Shown here one piece after another: positions 10,631 through 19,880 of a stretch of DNA of 52,261 nt. The notes beneath the pieces are model-generated. The model was not told the DNA's origin, did no database searches, and saw only the letters and a list, made by a program, of their open reading frames with translations. The position numbers and the translations under genes were made by a program. The DNA comes from an uncultured Thermoplasmatales archaeon (GTDB taxonomy: Archaea > Thermoplasmatota > E2 > DHVEG-1), in contig CAYLLH010000077.1 of the NCBI GenBank assembly GCA_964384785.1, positions 1-52,261 of the forward strand, read 5' to 3'. Position 1 is the stretch's first letter. Each line of letters begins with the position of its first letter.

Positions 10631-11686
10631 ATGAATCAAACAGAGAGTCGAAAACATGAACATGTTAAAATTGCGTTAGAAAAAAATGTTTCTTCTTCTC
10701 ATAACTATTGGGATGATATATTCTTGTCTCATAATGCTCTTCCTGAATTAAACAAGGAAAAAGTCGATCTTACAACCACTGTTTTTGGTAAAAAAATTGG
10801 TATGCCTATAGTGATTTCTGGTATGACTGGTGGATATGAAAAAGCAGAAAAAATAAATGAAAATCTTGCAGTTGCTGCTGAAAAGTTTAGAATACCTATG
10901 GGTTTAGGTTCACAGAGGGCAGCTCTTGAAAATCAAGAACTCAAAAAAACTTATAATGTTGTAAAAAATTTTGATATACCTATTGTTTTTGGAAACATTG
11001 GCGCTTCTCAAATAGTTGAATGGGGTCATGAGAAAACCCTTGAATATTCAAATCAAATGGTTGACATGGTAGATGCCGATGTTTTAATGGTCTGTCTTAA
11101 TTTTTTACAGGAAGTAATTCAGCTTGAAGGTGAAGCTGATGCAGAGGGTTGTTTTGAAGCTATTAAAAATTTGGCTGAAGATTTTGATAAACCTGTGATG
11201 ATTAAAGAATCCGGTGCTGGTATTTCTTTTGATGTAGCAAAACGTCTTTCTGAAACAAAAATCTCGGGGATAGATATCGGTGGTCTCGGTGGTACTAGTT
11301 TTGCAGCAATAGAGCATTATCGGGCTAAAATGAATGATGATGATCTTCATGCTCGTGGTGGTAGAACTTTTTGGAATTGGGGTATTCCAACACCTGCATC
11401 ACTTCTTGAAACAGGTAAAGCAACAGATTGGAAACTACCTGTTTTTGCTACAGGTGGAATCAGAAACGGTTTAGATGCAGCAAAAGCAATGGTTCTTGGT
11501 GCCGATGCTGCTGGCGTAGCTCAAGCTATCCTTGGTCCTGCTCATAAAGGAAAAAAAGAAACTATTTTTGAAATAGATGCATTTTATAAGGAACTCAGAG
11601 CAGCTATGTTTCTTGTAGGAGCAGAAAACGTCAAAAAATTACGTGATACTGATTATATTTTTAAAGGTGCAGATTTATGGATTTAA
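10631..11686 (+). CDS. fni: Type 2 isopentenyl-diphosphate delta-isomerase (FMN-dependent)
   Basis: RKHEH, GMTGG, GSQR, NFLQE, KESGAG, GGTSFA, GGIRNG. Confidence 0.95.
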   Translation: MNQTESRKHEHVKIALEKNVSSSHNYWDDIFLSHNALPELNKEKVDLTTTVFGKKIGMPIVISGMTGGYEKAEKINENLAVAAEKFRIPMGLGSQRAALENQELKKTYNVVKNFDIPIVFGNIGASQIVEWGHEKTLEYSNQMVDMVDADVLMVCLNFLQEVIQLEGEADAEGCFEAIKNLAEDFDKPVMIKESGAGISFDVAKRLSETKISGIDIGGLGGTSFAAIEHYRAKMNDDDLHARGGRTFWNWGIPTPASLLETGKATDWKLPVFATGGIRNGLDAAKAMVLGADAAGVAQAILGPAHKGKKETIFEIDAFYKELRAAMFLVGAENVKKLRDTDYIFKGADLWI

Positions 11687-12660
11687 AAACAGAGCTTAAA
11701 AAAAGACAAGAATTTTTTGATACACAACTTGAAAAATTTCTTAAAAATGATCATCCGAAACGTTTGTATGATGCAGCAAGACATCTCCCTTTGGCTGGTG
11801 GTAAACGATTGCGTCCTGTTCTTTCGATGATTTCATGTGAGTCAGTTGGTGGTGATGTTAGTCGTGTTATTCCTTTGTCTATTGCTATCGAACTTATTCA
11901 TAATTTCACTCTTGTTCATGATGATATAATGGATAAATCTGAATTACGTAGAAATATGCCAGCGGTACACGTTGAATATGGTGAACCCACTGCTATAATG
12001 GCTGGTGATCTTTTGTTTGCCAAGGGTTTTGAGTCAGTTCATAGAACTATTGGGGATTGTGATGTTTTTAAAAATGTAGAATATGGTTTAATTGACACGA
12101 TCCGTGAAATCTGTGAAGGTCAACAGCTCGATATGGATTTTGAAAAAGAAACACTTATCCCTGAGGACAACTATCTTGAGATGATTCTTAAAAAAACAGC
12201 TGTGTTTTTCCAGTATTCTTGTGAAGCAGGAGCTATTCTTGGCGGAGCTGATCGTGATAAATCTAACGCTCTTAGCGAGTATGGTAAACATCTTGGTTTG
12301 GCTTTTCAAATCCATGATGATTACTTGGATATGAGTAGTGATGCTGAAACACTTGGAAAAGACATAGGTAATGATATTCGTAATGGTAAAAAGACTTTGA
12401 TAGCGGTACATGCTTTAAACAATGCTGATGATGCTGATTTAAAGGTTTTAAAAAATATTTTTGGTAAACTTGATGCAACTGATGATGAAATAAAAAAAGT
12501 TTATAATGTTTTTAGAAACACAGGTTCTATTGATTATGCTAAGACTAAGGCTTTGAAACATTGTGAAAAGGCAAAAAATGCATTGAATGTTTTAGCCGAT
12601 TCTGATTCGAAAAATATTCTTATTGGTTTAGCAGAATATTCTATTACAAGAGAGAAGTAA
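11677..12660 (+). CDS. idsA: Geranylgeranyl diphosphate synthase (polyprenyl synthase)
   Basis: GGKRLRP, FTLVHDDIMD (FARM), RR, GQQLD, KT, FQIHDDYLD (SARM). Confidence 0.9.
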   Translation: MDLKTELKKRQEFFDTQLEKFLKNDHPKRLYDAARHLPLAGGKRLRPVLSMISCESVGGDVSRVIPLSIAIELIHNFTLVHDDIMDKSELRRNMPAVHVEYGEPTAIMAGDLLFAKGFESVHRTIGDCDVFKNVEYGLIDTIREICEGQQLDMDFEKETLIPEDNYLEMILKKTAVFFQYSCEAGAILGGADRDKSNALSEYGKHLGLAFQIHDDYLDMSSDAETLGKDIGNDIRNGKKTLIAVHALNNADDADLKVLKNIFGKLDATDDEIKKVYNVFRNTGSIDYAKTKALKHCEKAKNALNVLADSDSKNILIGLAEYSITREK

Positions 12661-12666
12661 ATTTTT

Positions 12667-14385
12667 ATGTCAAATGAAACAAAAATTCAGGAAACCGCAG
12701 AAAAATATGCTCTTCAAAACGCTATTCAGTTTGATGGAGAAGCTAATTTTAAAGCAGTTATCGGAAAAGTGATAGGTCTTCTAAAAAAAGAAGGATTTTC
12801 TCCTAAAGATATAGTTCCTGTTGTAAAAAAAATTGTTAAGGAAATAAATCAGCTTGATGTTGAAGAACAAACCCGGAGACTTGAAGATATTGCTCCTGAA
12901 TTACTTGAAAAAAAGAAAAAAGACCGGGATTATAGTCTAGCTGATCTTCCAAACGCTGAGAAGGGTAAGGTTGTAACTCGTTTTCCACCTGAACCAAATG
13001 GATACCTTCATATCGGTCATGCAAAAGCCTCTATTGTTGATTCAGAGTATGCTAAAATTTATGATGGTAAGTTCATCCTTCGTTTTGATGACACTAATCC
13101 AGAGAATGCTATTGAAGAGTTTTATGATGCTCAGAAAAAAGATCTTGAATGGCTTGGAATAAGTTGGGATGAAGAATACTGCACATCTGATAATATTGAT
13201 AAACATTACAAGCTTGCTGAACAACTAATAAGTCAGGGTGATGCCTATGTTTGTACATGTGAATCAGAAAAAATCCATGAATATCGTTATGAAGGAATAG
13301 AGTGTGAATGTCGTCATTGTGAACAAACAAATAGTCTTGAGCAATGGCATAAGATGCTTGATGGCAGTTTAGATGATGCTATTTTGCGTCTTAAAGGCGA
13401 AATGACTTGTGATAATACAGCTATGCGTGATCCAACATTGTTTAGAATAATTGAAAAACCTCATCCGCGGCAGGGTGATAAATACCGTGTTTGGTCAACA
13501 TATGATTTTGCTGGAGCCGTTGAAGATAGCCTAAGTGGAGTTACTCATCCATTCAGGACTAAGGAGTATGAACTTCGTGATGAATGTTATTTCAGACTGC
13601 TTGATCTTTTAGGCTTACGTAAACCTAATCTTATGGAATTTGCTAGGTTAAATATAGAAGGTATGCCTGTTTCTAAAAGAAAAATTAAACCATTGATTGA
13701 TGAAGGAAAAGTAGAAGGTTTTGATGATCCGAGACTGCCAACTTTAAGAGGTCTTCGTAGACGAGGAATAACTCCTGAGGCAATCAAAAGATTTGTTTTA
13801 AAACAAGGGATTTCTAAATCAGAATCAACAGTTACATTTAGTATCTTAGAATCAGAGAATCGAAAAGTTATTGATCCTGTTGCTAAACGTTATTTTTTTG
13901 TAAAAAACCCTGTGAAAATAATAGTTGAAAATGCTCCTAAGAAAAAACAAAAAATAAGCCTTCATCCAACAAATAAAGAACTCGGCTTTAGAACTGTTGA
14001 AACAAAAAACATTTTTTACATTCAAAAAGAGGACCTTGAAACAATAGATGAGGGTGAAATTTTTAGATTGAAAGACCTTTATAATGTAAAACTTTTAAGA
14101 AAAAACGATGAAAGCATAGGAGAATACGCTGGAGAGAAACTAATACAGGATTCGGCTAAAATACAATGGACAACAGACAAATACCTACCTATAAAAGTGT
14201 ATATTTCTCATATGCTTTTTGAAAACAACAAATTCAACCAAAACAGTCTGGAAAAAATAGAAGGTTTTGCTGAAGAGGCATTATCAGATTTAAAAAATGG
14301 TGAGATAATCCAGTTTGAGCGTTTTGGTTTTGTAAGAATAGAAAAACAAAACGATGAAATAAAAGCATTTTTTACTCATAAGTAA
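12667..14385 (+). CDS. gltX: Glutamyl-tRNA synthetase, archaeal type
   Basis: RFPPEPNGYLHIGH, LRFDDTNP, SKRK, DDPRLPTL, QFERFGF; N-terminal archaeal extension. Confidence 0.96.
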   Translation: MSNETKIQETAEKYALQNAIQFDGEANFKAVIGKVIGLLKKEGFSPKDIVPVVKKIVKEINQLDVEEQTRRLEDIAPELLEKKKKDRDYSLADLPNAEKGKVVTRFPPEPNGYLHIGHAKASIVDSEYAKIYDGKFILRFDDTNPENAIEEFYDAQKKDLEWLGISWDEEYCTSDNIDKHYKLAEQLISQGDAYVCTCESEKIHEYRYEGIECECRHCEQTNSLEQWHKMLDGSLDDAILRLKGEMTCDNTAMRDPTLFRIIEKPHPRQGDKYRVWSTYDFAGAVEDSLSGVTHPFRTKEYELRDECYFRLLDLLGLRKPNLMEFARLNIEGMPVSKRKIKPLIDEGKVEGFDDPRLPTLRGLRRRGITPEAIKRFVLKQGISKSESTVTFSILESENRKVIDPVAKRYFFVKNPVKIIVENAPKKKQKISLHPTNKELGFRTVETKNIFYIQKEDLETIDEGEIFRLKDLYNVKLLRKNDESIGEYAGEKLIQDSAKIQWTTDKYLPIKVYISHMLFENNKFNQNSLEKIEGFAEEALSDLKNGEIIQFERFGFVRIEKQNDEIKAFFTHK

Positions 14386-14488
14386 AGTTTTTAAGCTTTT
14401 ACCTGTTTTATTTTCTTAGTTAACAGATTGGGATGCCAAAAAAATTAGCTGATTTGTTACATGCTTTAGAGGATGGGATATAATAAAG

Positions 14489-15178
14489 ATGAAATCATCA
14501 AAAATAAAAACATATCTATTTTTAATATCATTATTAGGAATACTACTATCTTTTGGTACCGCTTCAGCAGCTGAACCAATACGACCTGATAGCCCAGTTG
14601 GACTTTCTATCGCAGTTATTATTGCTGCAGTAGCCGCTGTTATCGCATATTTCACTTTTGGAGGCATTAAATATGTTACAGCTGATAATGTTCTTGATAA
14701 AGAAGTAAGAAAAAATTTGTATGAGTACATTGATGAATACCCTGGTTCTCATCTTCGTGAAATAGCCAGGGAGCTTGAGTTGAAACCAAGTAATGCAGCA
14801 TGGCATCTACGTAAACTAGAACAAACCAATCTTGTTAGAAGTCGTAACATTGGTGGTAAAAAAGTTTTTTATCTTGTAGAGGGTGGAGTAGAGGCACGTA
14901 AACAGGCAGTAGCTGAATCAATACTAAAAAACAAAAACGCTAGACAAATCCTAAACTATCTAGCCAACAACCCTGGTAAACATCTGCTAGAAATAGCTCA
15001 TGCTTTGGATATGAATCATCACACCGTTAAATGGCATATAGATAAAATGTATGACGCAGAACTTATAGATGGAGATACAACAAATTCAGCTTACCCAGTT
15101 TATTATCCTACTGAGCTGGGTTGTAAATCTATTGATGGTGCCATGGAACGTTTTGAGAAACCAACAGTTCCAGCCTAA
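14489..15178 (+). CDS. Membrane-anchored transcription regulator with two winged-HTH domains
   Basis: Signal-peptide-like N-terminus, then a TM helix, then two wHTH repeats (YPGSHLREIARELEL..HLRKLE; NPGKHLLEIAHALDM..WHIDKM). Confidence 0.78.
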   Translation: MKSSKIKTYLFLISLLGILLSFGTASAAEPIRPDSPVGLSIAVIIAAVAAVIAYFTFGGIKYVTADNVLDKEVRKNLYEYIDEYPGSHLREIARELELKPSNAAWHLRKLEQTNLVRSRNIGGKKVFYLVEGGVEARKQAVAESILKNKNARQILNYLANNPGKHLLEIAHALDMNHHTVKWHIDKMYDAELIDGDTTNSAYPVYYPTELGCKSIDGAMERFEKPTVPA

Positions 15179-15221
15179 AAAAAATTTATTTTTTTTTTAA
15201 AAAAGTAGAAGAATATTTTTT

Positions 15222-15494
15222 TTACATTCTTCCTACATCTGTTACTTCTGCTGAATCAACATTTTCTACTGTTTTAATTGATTCAACAACAGGATCTAAA
15301 CCACCTTCTGTGTCAGGAACTGCAACTGTTACATTGAGTCCTTTTAAACCAAATGCTACATTTTTAACTTCAATTTTACCAAGTTTTGCCGGGGCTTTAA
15401 CAACTTTTTTTATATCTTCAATCATCTTGTTGATTTTTTCGTCTTCTATAACTTCAGCTGGCATAACTCGAATTAAACCTATTACTTCACCCAT
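15222..15494 (-). CDS. ef1b: Archaeal elongation factor 1-beta
   Basis: MGEV..RVMP, VAFGLKGL, EGGLD, C-terminal AEVTDVGRM; about 90 aa. Confidence 0.93.
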   Translation of the reverse strand: MGEVIGLIRVMPAEVIEDEKINKMIEDIKKVVKAPAKLGKIEVKNVAFGLKGLNVTVAVPDTEGGLDPVVESIKTVENVDSAEVTDVGRM

Positions 15495-15543
15495 TTTTCA
15501 ATTGTCACCTCTATGAATCTACTAATAGTTTGTCTATTTTTTT

Positions 15544-15708
15544 TTATGGTCCTGTGAATCCACATTTTTTACATGTGTATTTTACACTTTGTTCCCTGCA
15601 ACTGCCGCATCTTCCAATTATCTCTTCGCAAGTTGGGCAAGGAAATGATGTGTAACCTCTTTTTATCAGGTTTTTTCCACAGGATATACAATTTTCTGCC
15701 TGTTTCAT
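15544..15708 (-). CDS. Small Zn-ribbon protein (DUF1610/HVO_2753-like), not in the ORF track
   Basis: Hand-translated 54 aa MKQAENCISCGKNLIKRGYTSFPCPTCEEIIGRCGSCREQSVKYTCKKCGFTGP. Four CxxC pairs and the GFxGP terminus; usual archaeal position upstream of aEF-1beta. Confidence 0.92.
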   Translation of the reverse strand: MKQAENCISCGKNLIKRGYTSFPCPTCEEIIGRCGSCREQSVKYTCKKCGFTGP

Positions 15709-15767
15709 AGAGATGCCAGAATAAAGGTTCTATTATTAAAATGTGACGTATCAAAAACAGAGTAAAT

Positions 15768-16868
15768 TTAAGGTTTACATTCAAATTCAGGTTCAACATT
15801 TCTTATTTTATCCAATGAAAATGATAAAACTGCTTTAAAAACATGATACTGAAAGATAGCTCCTACAATGAAAGGCAGATAGAATGTTACAAGTCTGAAT
15901 AGTAACATAAAAACACCGATAGGTGAACCGCTACCTGATCCTATTAGGACACTATAAAGACCAACTACGCTTAGTTCAGCAACACCAGTGCTACCCGGGG
16001 TAGTGGGCATCATAATTATAACTAGTAAAAGTATCTGAGCCGCGATAGACTCAATAAAAAAAGGCGGTAGACCAAGACCCATAAGAATCATAGAAGGAAT
16101 CAAAAAACCTGTAAACCAAAAAATAATTGTAAAAAAAGCAGCTATTAGAAATGTTCTCTTTTCCTTTTTAACAAAACATGTCATGCTGGCATGAAAATTA
16201 TCTACTTCTCTGTTGATTCTTTCTATTACTCTCGATTCTTTTTCCCTTTTTTTGAAAAATCTGCTAATTTTACTATTGATCCATACAAGAAAAGATTTTA
16301 TTTTATCAGGTTTTTTTAAAGCATATAAAAAAAGAAATAATAATAGAAGGAAGAAAGCAACACCAATTGTTAAACCAAATTGTAATTCATTGCTGTTTAT
16401 ATTTTTTTGAAATATGAAAAAAGCAAAAGGAACGCTACATAACATAAAAACCGCATCCAGAAGTCTTTCTCCAAGAACTGCACCTGTAGCACTACCTGTG
16501 CTCATACCTTCCTTTTTTAAAAGATAGATTCTTACAGGTTCCCCACCAGCCATTGATGGAGTAACACATGCTAAAAAAAGATTAGCAAGAACTGTTTTCG
16601 TTGAATCAAAAAAACTAATTTTTAGATTTTTATCTATTGCATTACTAAGTATTTGTAAACGTCCACTCCAAATAAGCCAATAAATTATCTGTAAAATTAT
16701 TGCAATAAACAAAAATTCATATCTTATTTCACTTTTTTTTAATGTTTGAATTGTTTCTGCATCAAGTGTAAAATAGAGTATAACCAGGATTACTGCAACG
16801 CTTAAACTGATGCTGATCAGCATAGGTATTTTTAGAGTTTTCTCTGAATTTTTGTTTTTATCAGGCAC
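15768..16868 (-). CDS. Flippase-like membrane protein (UPF0104 / lysylphosphatidylglycerol synthase TM family)
   Basis: Multiple TM helices; VTPSMAGGEP, ERLLD, PTTPGSTGVAE, FRLVTFY. Confidence 0.85.
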   Translation of the reverse strand: MPDKNKNSEKTLKIPMLISISLSVAVILVILYFTLDAETIQTLKKSEIRYEFLFIAIILQIIYWLIWSGRLQILSNAIDKNLKISFFDSTKTVLANLFLACVTPSMAGGEPVRIYLLKKEGMSTGSATGAVLGERLLDAVFMLCSVPFAFFIFQKNINSNELQFGLTIGVAFFLLLLFLFLYALKKPDKIKSFLVWINSKISRFFKKREKESRVIERINREVDNFHASMTCFVKKEKRTFLIAAFFTIIFWFTGFLIPSMILMGLGLPPFFIESIAAQILLLVIIMMPTTPGSTGVAELSVVGLYSVLIGSGSGSPIGVFMLLFRLVTFYLPFIVGAIFQYHVFKAVLSFSLDKIRNVEPEFECKP

Positions 16869-16956
16869 GGAAAGAAGTAATTTTAACTGTTATATATGTC
16901 ACTTATGGTTTAAAATTTTAAAAAACACTTATATAAAAAACTTTAAACAAAAAACT

Positions 16957-17000
16957 TATCACTGAGAAATCATTCTCAGAAAAACATTCTATCAGTGATA
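16957..17000 (+). promoter_or_regulatory. Nested/alternative inverted repeats in the 5' leader of the radical SAM gene
   Basis: TATCACTGA (16957-16965) pairs with TCAGTGATA (16992-17000); CTGAGAA (16962-16968) pairs with TTCTCAG (16973-16979). TATA-like TTATATAAA lies at about 16929. Confidence 0.5.
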
Positions 17001-17005
17001 CACTT

Positions 17006-17956
17006 ATGAAAAAATTACCTGTTAAAAGATATATGGAAGCTGCTAAATATGCAGCAAAAAACCGGTTTGCTGGTGAAGCAATATATCCATTTTATGCTTC
17101 TTATAAAGTAACTCATAAATGTAGTTTAAGATGTAGTTTTTGTAATGTCTGGATGGAGGATACACCTGATCTGGAAAAAAAAGATGTTTTCAAAGTTCTT
17201 GATAATATAGCAAATTCAAGCATTATGGTTCTTAGCCTTGAGGGCGGCGATCCGCTTGTTAGAAAAGATCTCGGTGAAATACTTGAATATGCACACAAGA
17301 AACCATTTTATTTGTTTTTTACAACCAATGGACATCTTTTAGACAAACGGCCAATGGAAGAATACGGTAAACATATTGACTATCTCCATATAAGTATCGA
17401 TGAAGGTCATGGAAATACAGAATTTTTTGAAAGACTAGAAGAATTTCAAAGTTACGGCCCTGAAATATGTATTCAAATAGTGGTCACAAGAGATACAGTT
17501 AATGCTATTGAAGATAAAGTTAAGAAAATATATGATGTTGGTGCTAGAACTGTTATTATGCCCGCGTGTCATCTACCTGGAACAGATGATTACTATCCTG
17601 ACCCAGAAATTTTTTCAAAAGAAATAATTAGGCTTAAGAAAAAATACAAAAATACTATTACAACCCCTGAAGGTTTTCTAAAAAATATCCAGAAACCTCA
17701 TGGTTGTAGCACGTCATCTATTATTATCGACTCTGATGGAGGACTTTTTTATCCTTGTAGAACTATTGGACAAAGACTATTTGATTTAACAAAAGGTTCA
17801 CTAATGGAGTTTTTAGAATCTGAAAAGGCTCATGAAGCAAGAATTGAGATGAAAGAATGCAATCAACGATGCGGATGGTATCAGTATTTTGCAACTGATG
17901 CGTTTTCCTCACCGAAATCAATACTTACATCTCTTTCTCCATACTTATTCAAATAA
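17006..17956 (+). CDS. Radical SAM protein with C-terminal SPASM/twitch-like Cys cluster
   Basis: CSLRCSFC (CxxxCxxC), EGGDP, TTNG, SID; C-terminal C..IIIDSDG..YPC..C..C. Confidence 0.88.
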   Translation: MKKLPVKRYMEAAKYAAKNRFAGEAIYPFYASYKVTHKCSLRCSFCNVWMEDTPDLEKKDVFKVLDNIANSSIMVLSLEGGDPLVRKDLGEILEYAHKKPFYLFFTTNGHLLDKRPMEEYGKHIDYLHISIDEGHGNTEFFERLEEFQSYGPEICIQIVVTRDTVNAIEDKVKKIYDVGARTVIMPACHLPGTDDYYPDPEIFSKEIIRLKKKYKNTITTPEGFLKNIQKPHGCSTSSIIIDSDGGLFYPCRTIGQRLFDLTKGSLMEFLESEKAHEARIEMKECNQRCGWYQYFATDAFSSPKSILTSLSPYLFK

Positions 17957-18112
17957 AAAACTACAGAATCATATTATCTTAATATTAATCGATGGGGACT
18001 ATAGCTTAACATAATTTTTAAATTGTTTACAAAAATTAAGGTCTCTTATGATGATAAACATGGTAAAAGAATTGATATAGAAAAAACGTTATTTCTTTTT
18101 TTGTTAAGCTTT

Positions 18113-18472
18113 ATGTCTGATATTAATTTAGTAAAAGTAGAAAACATTAAAGAAGCAAAAAAAGAAATTAAGAAAATCGGCAGCGATCCAAATAGCGTAG
18201 ACATCATGGCTCCTAAAATGATTCTACGAATTATAAAACTTGAAAATGTTATTTTACAGGATGCTATTATAATAAAACAAGACATGTTATCTATTGGTGG
18301 AGAGGTAGCGGTTCCAAGGAATACTTTTGAGTTAAAAGATAAAAAAGCAGATATCTTAATAGTTGGGAACCTTAGACAACTAAACATTCTTGTCGATAAA
18401 CTAAATCGTCATTATCCACGTTTAAAAAAAATATCTAAAAAACTATCAGATTTTCTAAATGGTGTTGAATAA
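18113..18472 (+). CDS. Stand-alone N-terminal accessory domain of long-form dihydropteroate synthase
   Basis: EIKKIGSD..IMAPK..IIKQDMLSIGGEVAV..LIVG..QL..KL resembles the N-terminal extension of long FolP proteins; lies immediately upstream of folP. ATG 18113 preferred over TTG 18023. Confidence 0.7.
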   Translation: MSDINLVKVENIKEAKKEIKKIGSDPNSVDIMAPKMILRIIKLENVILQDAIIIKQDMLSIGGEVAVPRNTFELKDKKADILIVGNLRQLNILVDKLNRHYPRLKKISKKLSDFLNGVE

Positions 18473-18477
18473 TAATC

Positions 18478-19332
18478 ATGAGGAATAAGACTTTTTTATC
18501 AAAAATTAAAGAAAAAACTTTGATTATGGGTATTTTAAATGTAACCCCTGATAGTTTCTCGGATGGCGGAAAATTTTTTAGTGTTGATAAAGCGGTAAAA
18601 CAAGCTATTTTAATGGAAAAACAAGGAGCTGATATAATTGATATCGGTGGCGAGTCAACTCGTCCAGGTGCTAAACCAATTACGTTAAATGAAGAAATAG
18701 ATCGAGTTATTCCTGTTGTTGAAGAACTTGTAAAAAAATTAAATGTTCCATTAAGTATAGATTCTTATAAATCAAAACTAGTAAAAAAAGCTCTTGATTG
18801 CGGAGTTTCAATGATAAATGATGTGACTGCCCTGCAGGGTGACAAACATCTTGTTAATTTAATCGCTGAATATAATGCTCCACTATGTTTGATGCATATG
18901 AAGGGAAATCCACGAGATATGCAGAAAAACCCTGAATATGATGACATAATATCTGAAATCAAATCGTTTCTAAAAGAAAGAGCTGAATTTGCAATTTTTA
19001 ATGGAGTTAAAAAAGAAAATATAATCATTGACCCAGGTATTGGTTTTGGGAAAAGAACTGGAAGAGGCGTTGAAGACAACATTGAAATAATTAAAAGACT
19101 CGATGAATTAAAAAAACTTGGTTATCCTGTACTAATCGGCGCATCAAGAAAAACATTTATTGGAAATATTTGCGGAGGAAAAAAACCTGTTCCTGTTCAG
19201 AAACGAATGGGTGGAAGTATCGCTGCGGCTTTAATGGCTGTAAATAATGGAGCAGATATCATAAGAGTTCATGATGTTCAGGAAACACGTTGTGCATTAG
19301 ATATAATAAAACATTTTGTTTATAAAGTTTAA
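18478..19332 (+). CDS. folP: Dihydropteroate synthase (bacterial type)
   Basis: MGILNVTPDSFSDGG, DIGGESTRPG, MHMKG, DPGIGFGK, SRK, RVHDV. Confidence 0.95.
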   Translation: MRNKTFLSKIKEKTLIMGILNVTPDSFSDGGKFFSVDKAVKQAILMEKQGADIIDIGGESTRPGAKPITLNEEIDRVIPVVEELVKKLNVPLSIDSYKSKLVKKALDCGVSMINDVTALQGDKHLVNLIAEYNAPLCLMHMKGNPRDMQKNPEYDDIISEIKSFLKERAEFAIFNGVKKENIIIDPGIGFGKRTGRGVEDNIEIIKRLDELKKLGYPVLIGASRKTFIGNICGGKKPVPVQKRMGGSIAAALMAVNNGADIIRVHDVQETRCALDIIKHFVYKV

Positions 19333-19373
19333 AACTTAAGCTTTTCAAATGAATTTTAGCCTATTTTGTGCAG

Positions 19374-19405
19374 ATGCATATGCATGTAATTATGTATGTA
19401 ATTAT
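19374..19405. promoter_or_regulatory. Palindrome and repeats upstream of the EarA-like gene
   Basis: ATGCATATGCAT perfect palindrome (19374-19385); ATGTAATTAT direct repeat (19384-19393, 19396-19405); two overlapping TATGTA (= TACATA on the - strand). Confidence 0.45.
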
Positions 19406-19469
19406 TCATGAGATAGGAATTTTTATTAATGGTTTACTTATTGCTTATAATATAAAAGGGTGGAATGGG

Positions 19470-19805
19470 ATGCAGGATGACAAGGAGAATGCGTTTTCTC
19501 CTGAAGAACTGAGACCTTTGGTTATTCGTTCTTTAAGGAGAAGTAATGTTCGTAAACGTATCGCAGAATATTTATTTGAGATTAGCCCCAGCGGTAGCTA
19601 TACCTCAGATATTGCTTATAACGTTAAAACTACTCCAACAAATGTTATAGGTGGTATAAGAGGTATGAAATCTCGTTACAGAAATGAGGAATCTCTTATA
19701 GGTTTAAACTTGGTAGAACAAGTTGATACAAGTAAAAATATTAAGATTTATCGACTTACTGATTTTGGTAAAGAAATTATAAAACAAATGAAAGATAAAG
19801 ACTAA
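19470..19805 (+). CDS. EarA-family (DUF1495) winged-helix transcription factor
   Basis: IRSLRRSNVRKRI..YL..I.P..SY.SDIA..V...PTNV.G..RGM..RY....SL..L.LVE...YRLT..G matches the pattern of the methanococcal archaellum activator EarA as I recall it. Start ATG 19470 (ORF track gives 19368). Confidence 0.75.
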   Translation: MQDDKENAFSPEELRPLVIRSLRRSNVRKRIAEYLFEISPSGSYTSDIAYNVKTTPTNVIGGIRGMKSRYRNEESLIGLNLVEQVDTSKNIKIYRLTDFGKEIIKQMKDKD

Positions 19806-19880
19806 TTTTATTATAAAATTTTTTTTATATATAGTAGGGTTTTTTTAAACTTATGTCGAATTTTTAATAGTTCTCTTTTT

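Noticed and set aside
15569-15799. 76-aa minus-strand ORF in the track
   Set aside because: It overlaps the clearly recognisable 54-aa Zn-ribbon gene (15544-15708) in another frame and has no motifs.
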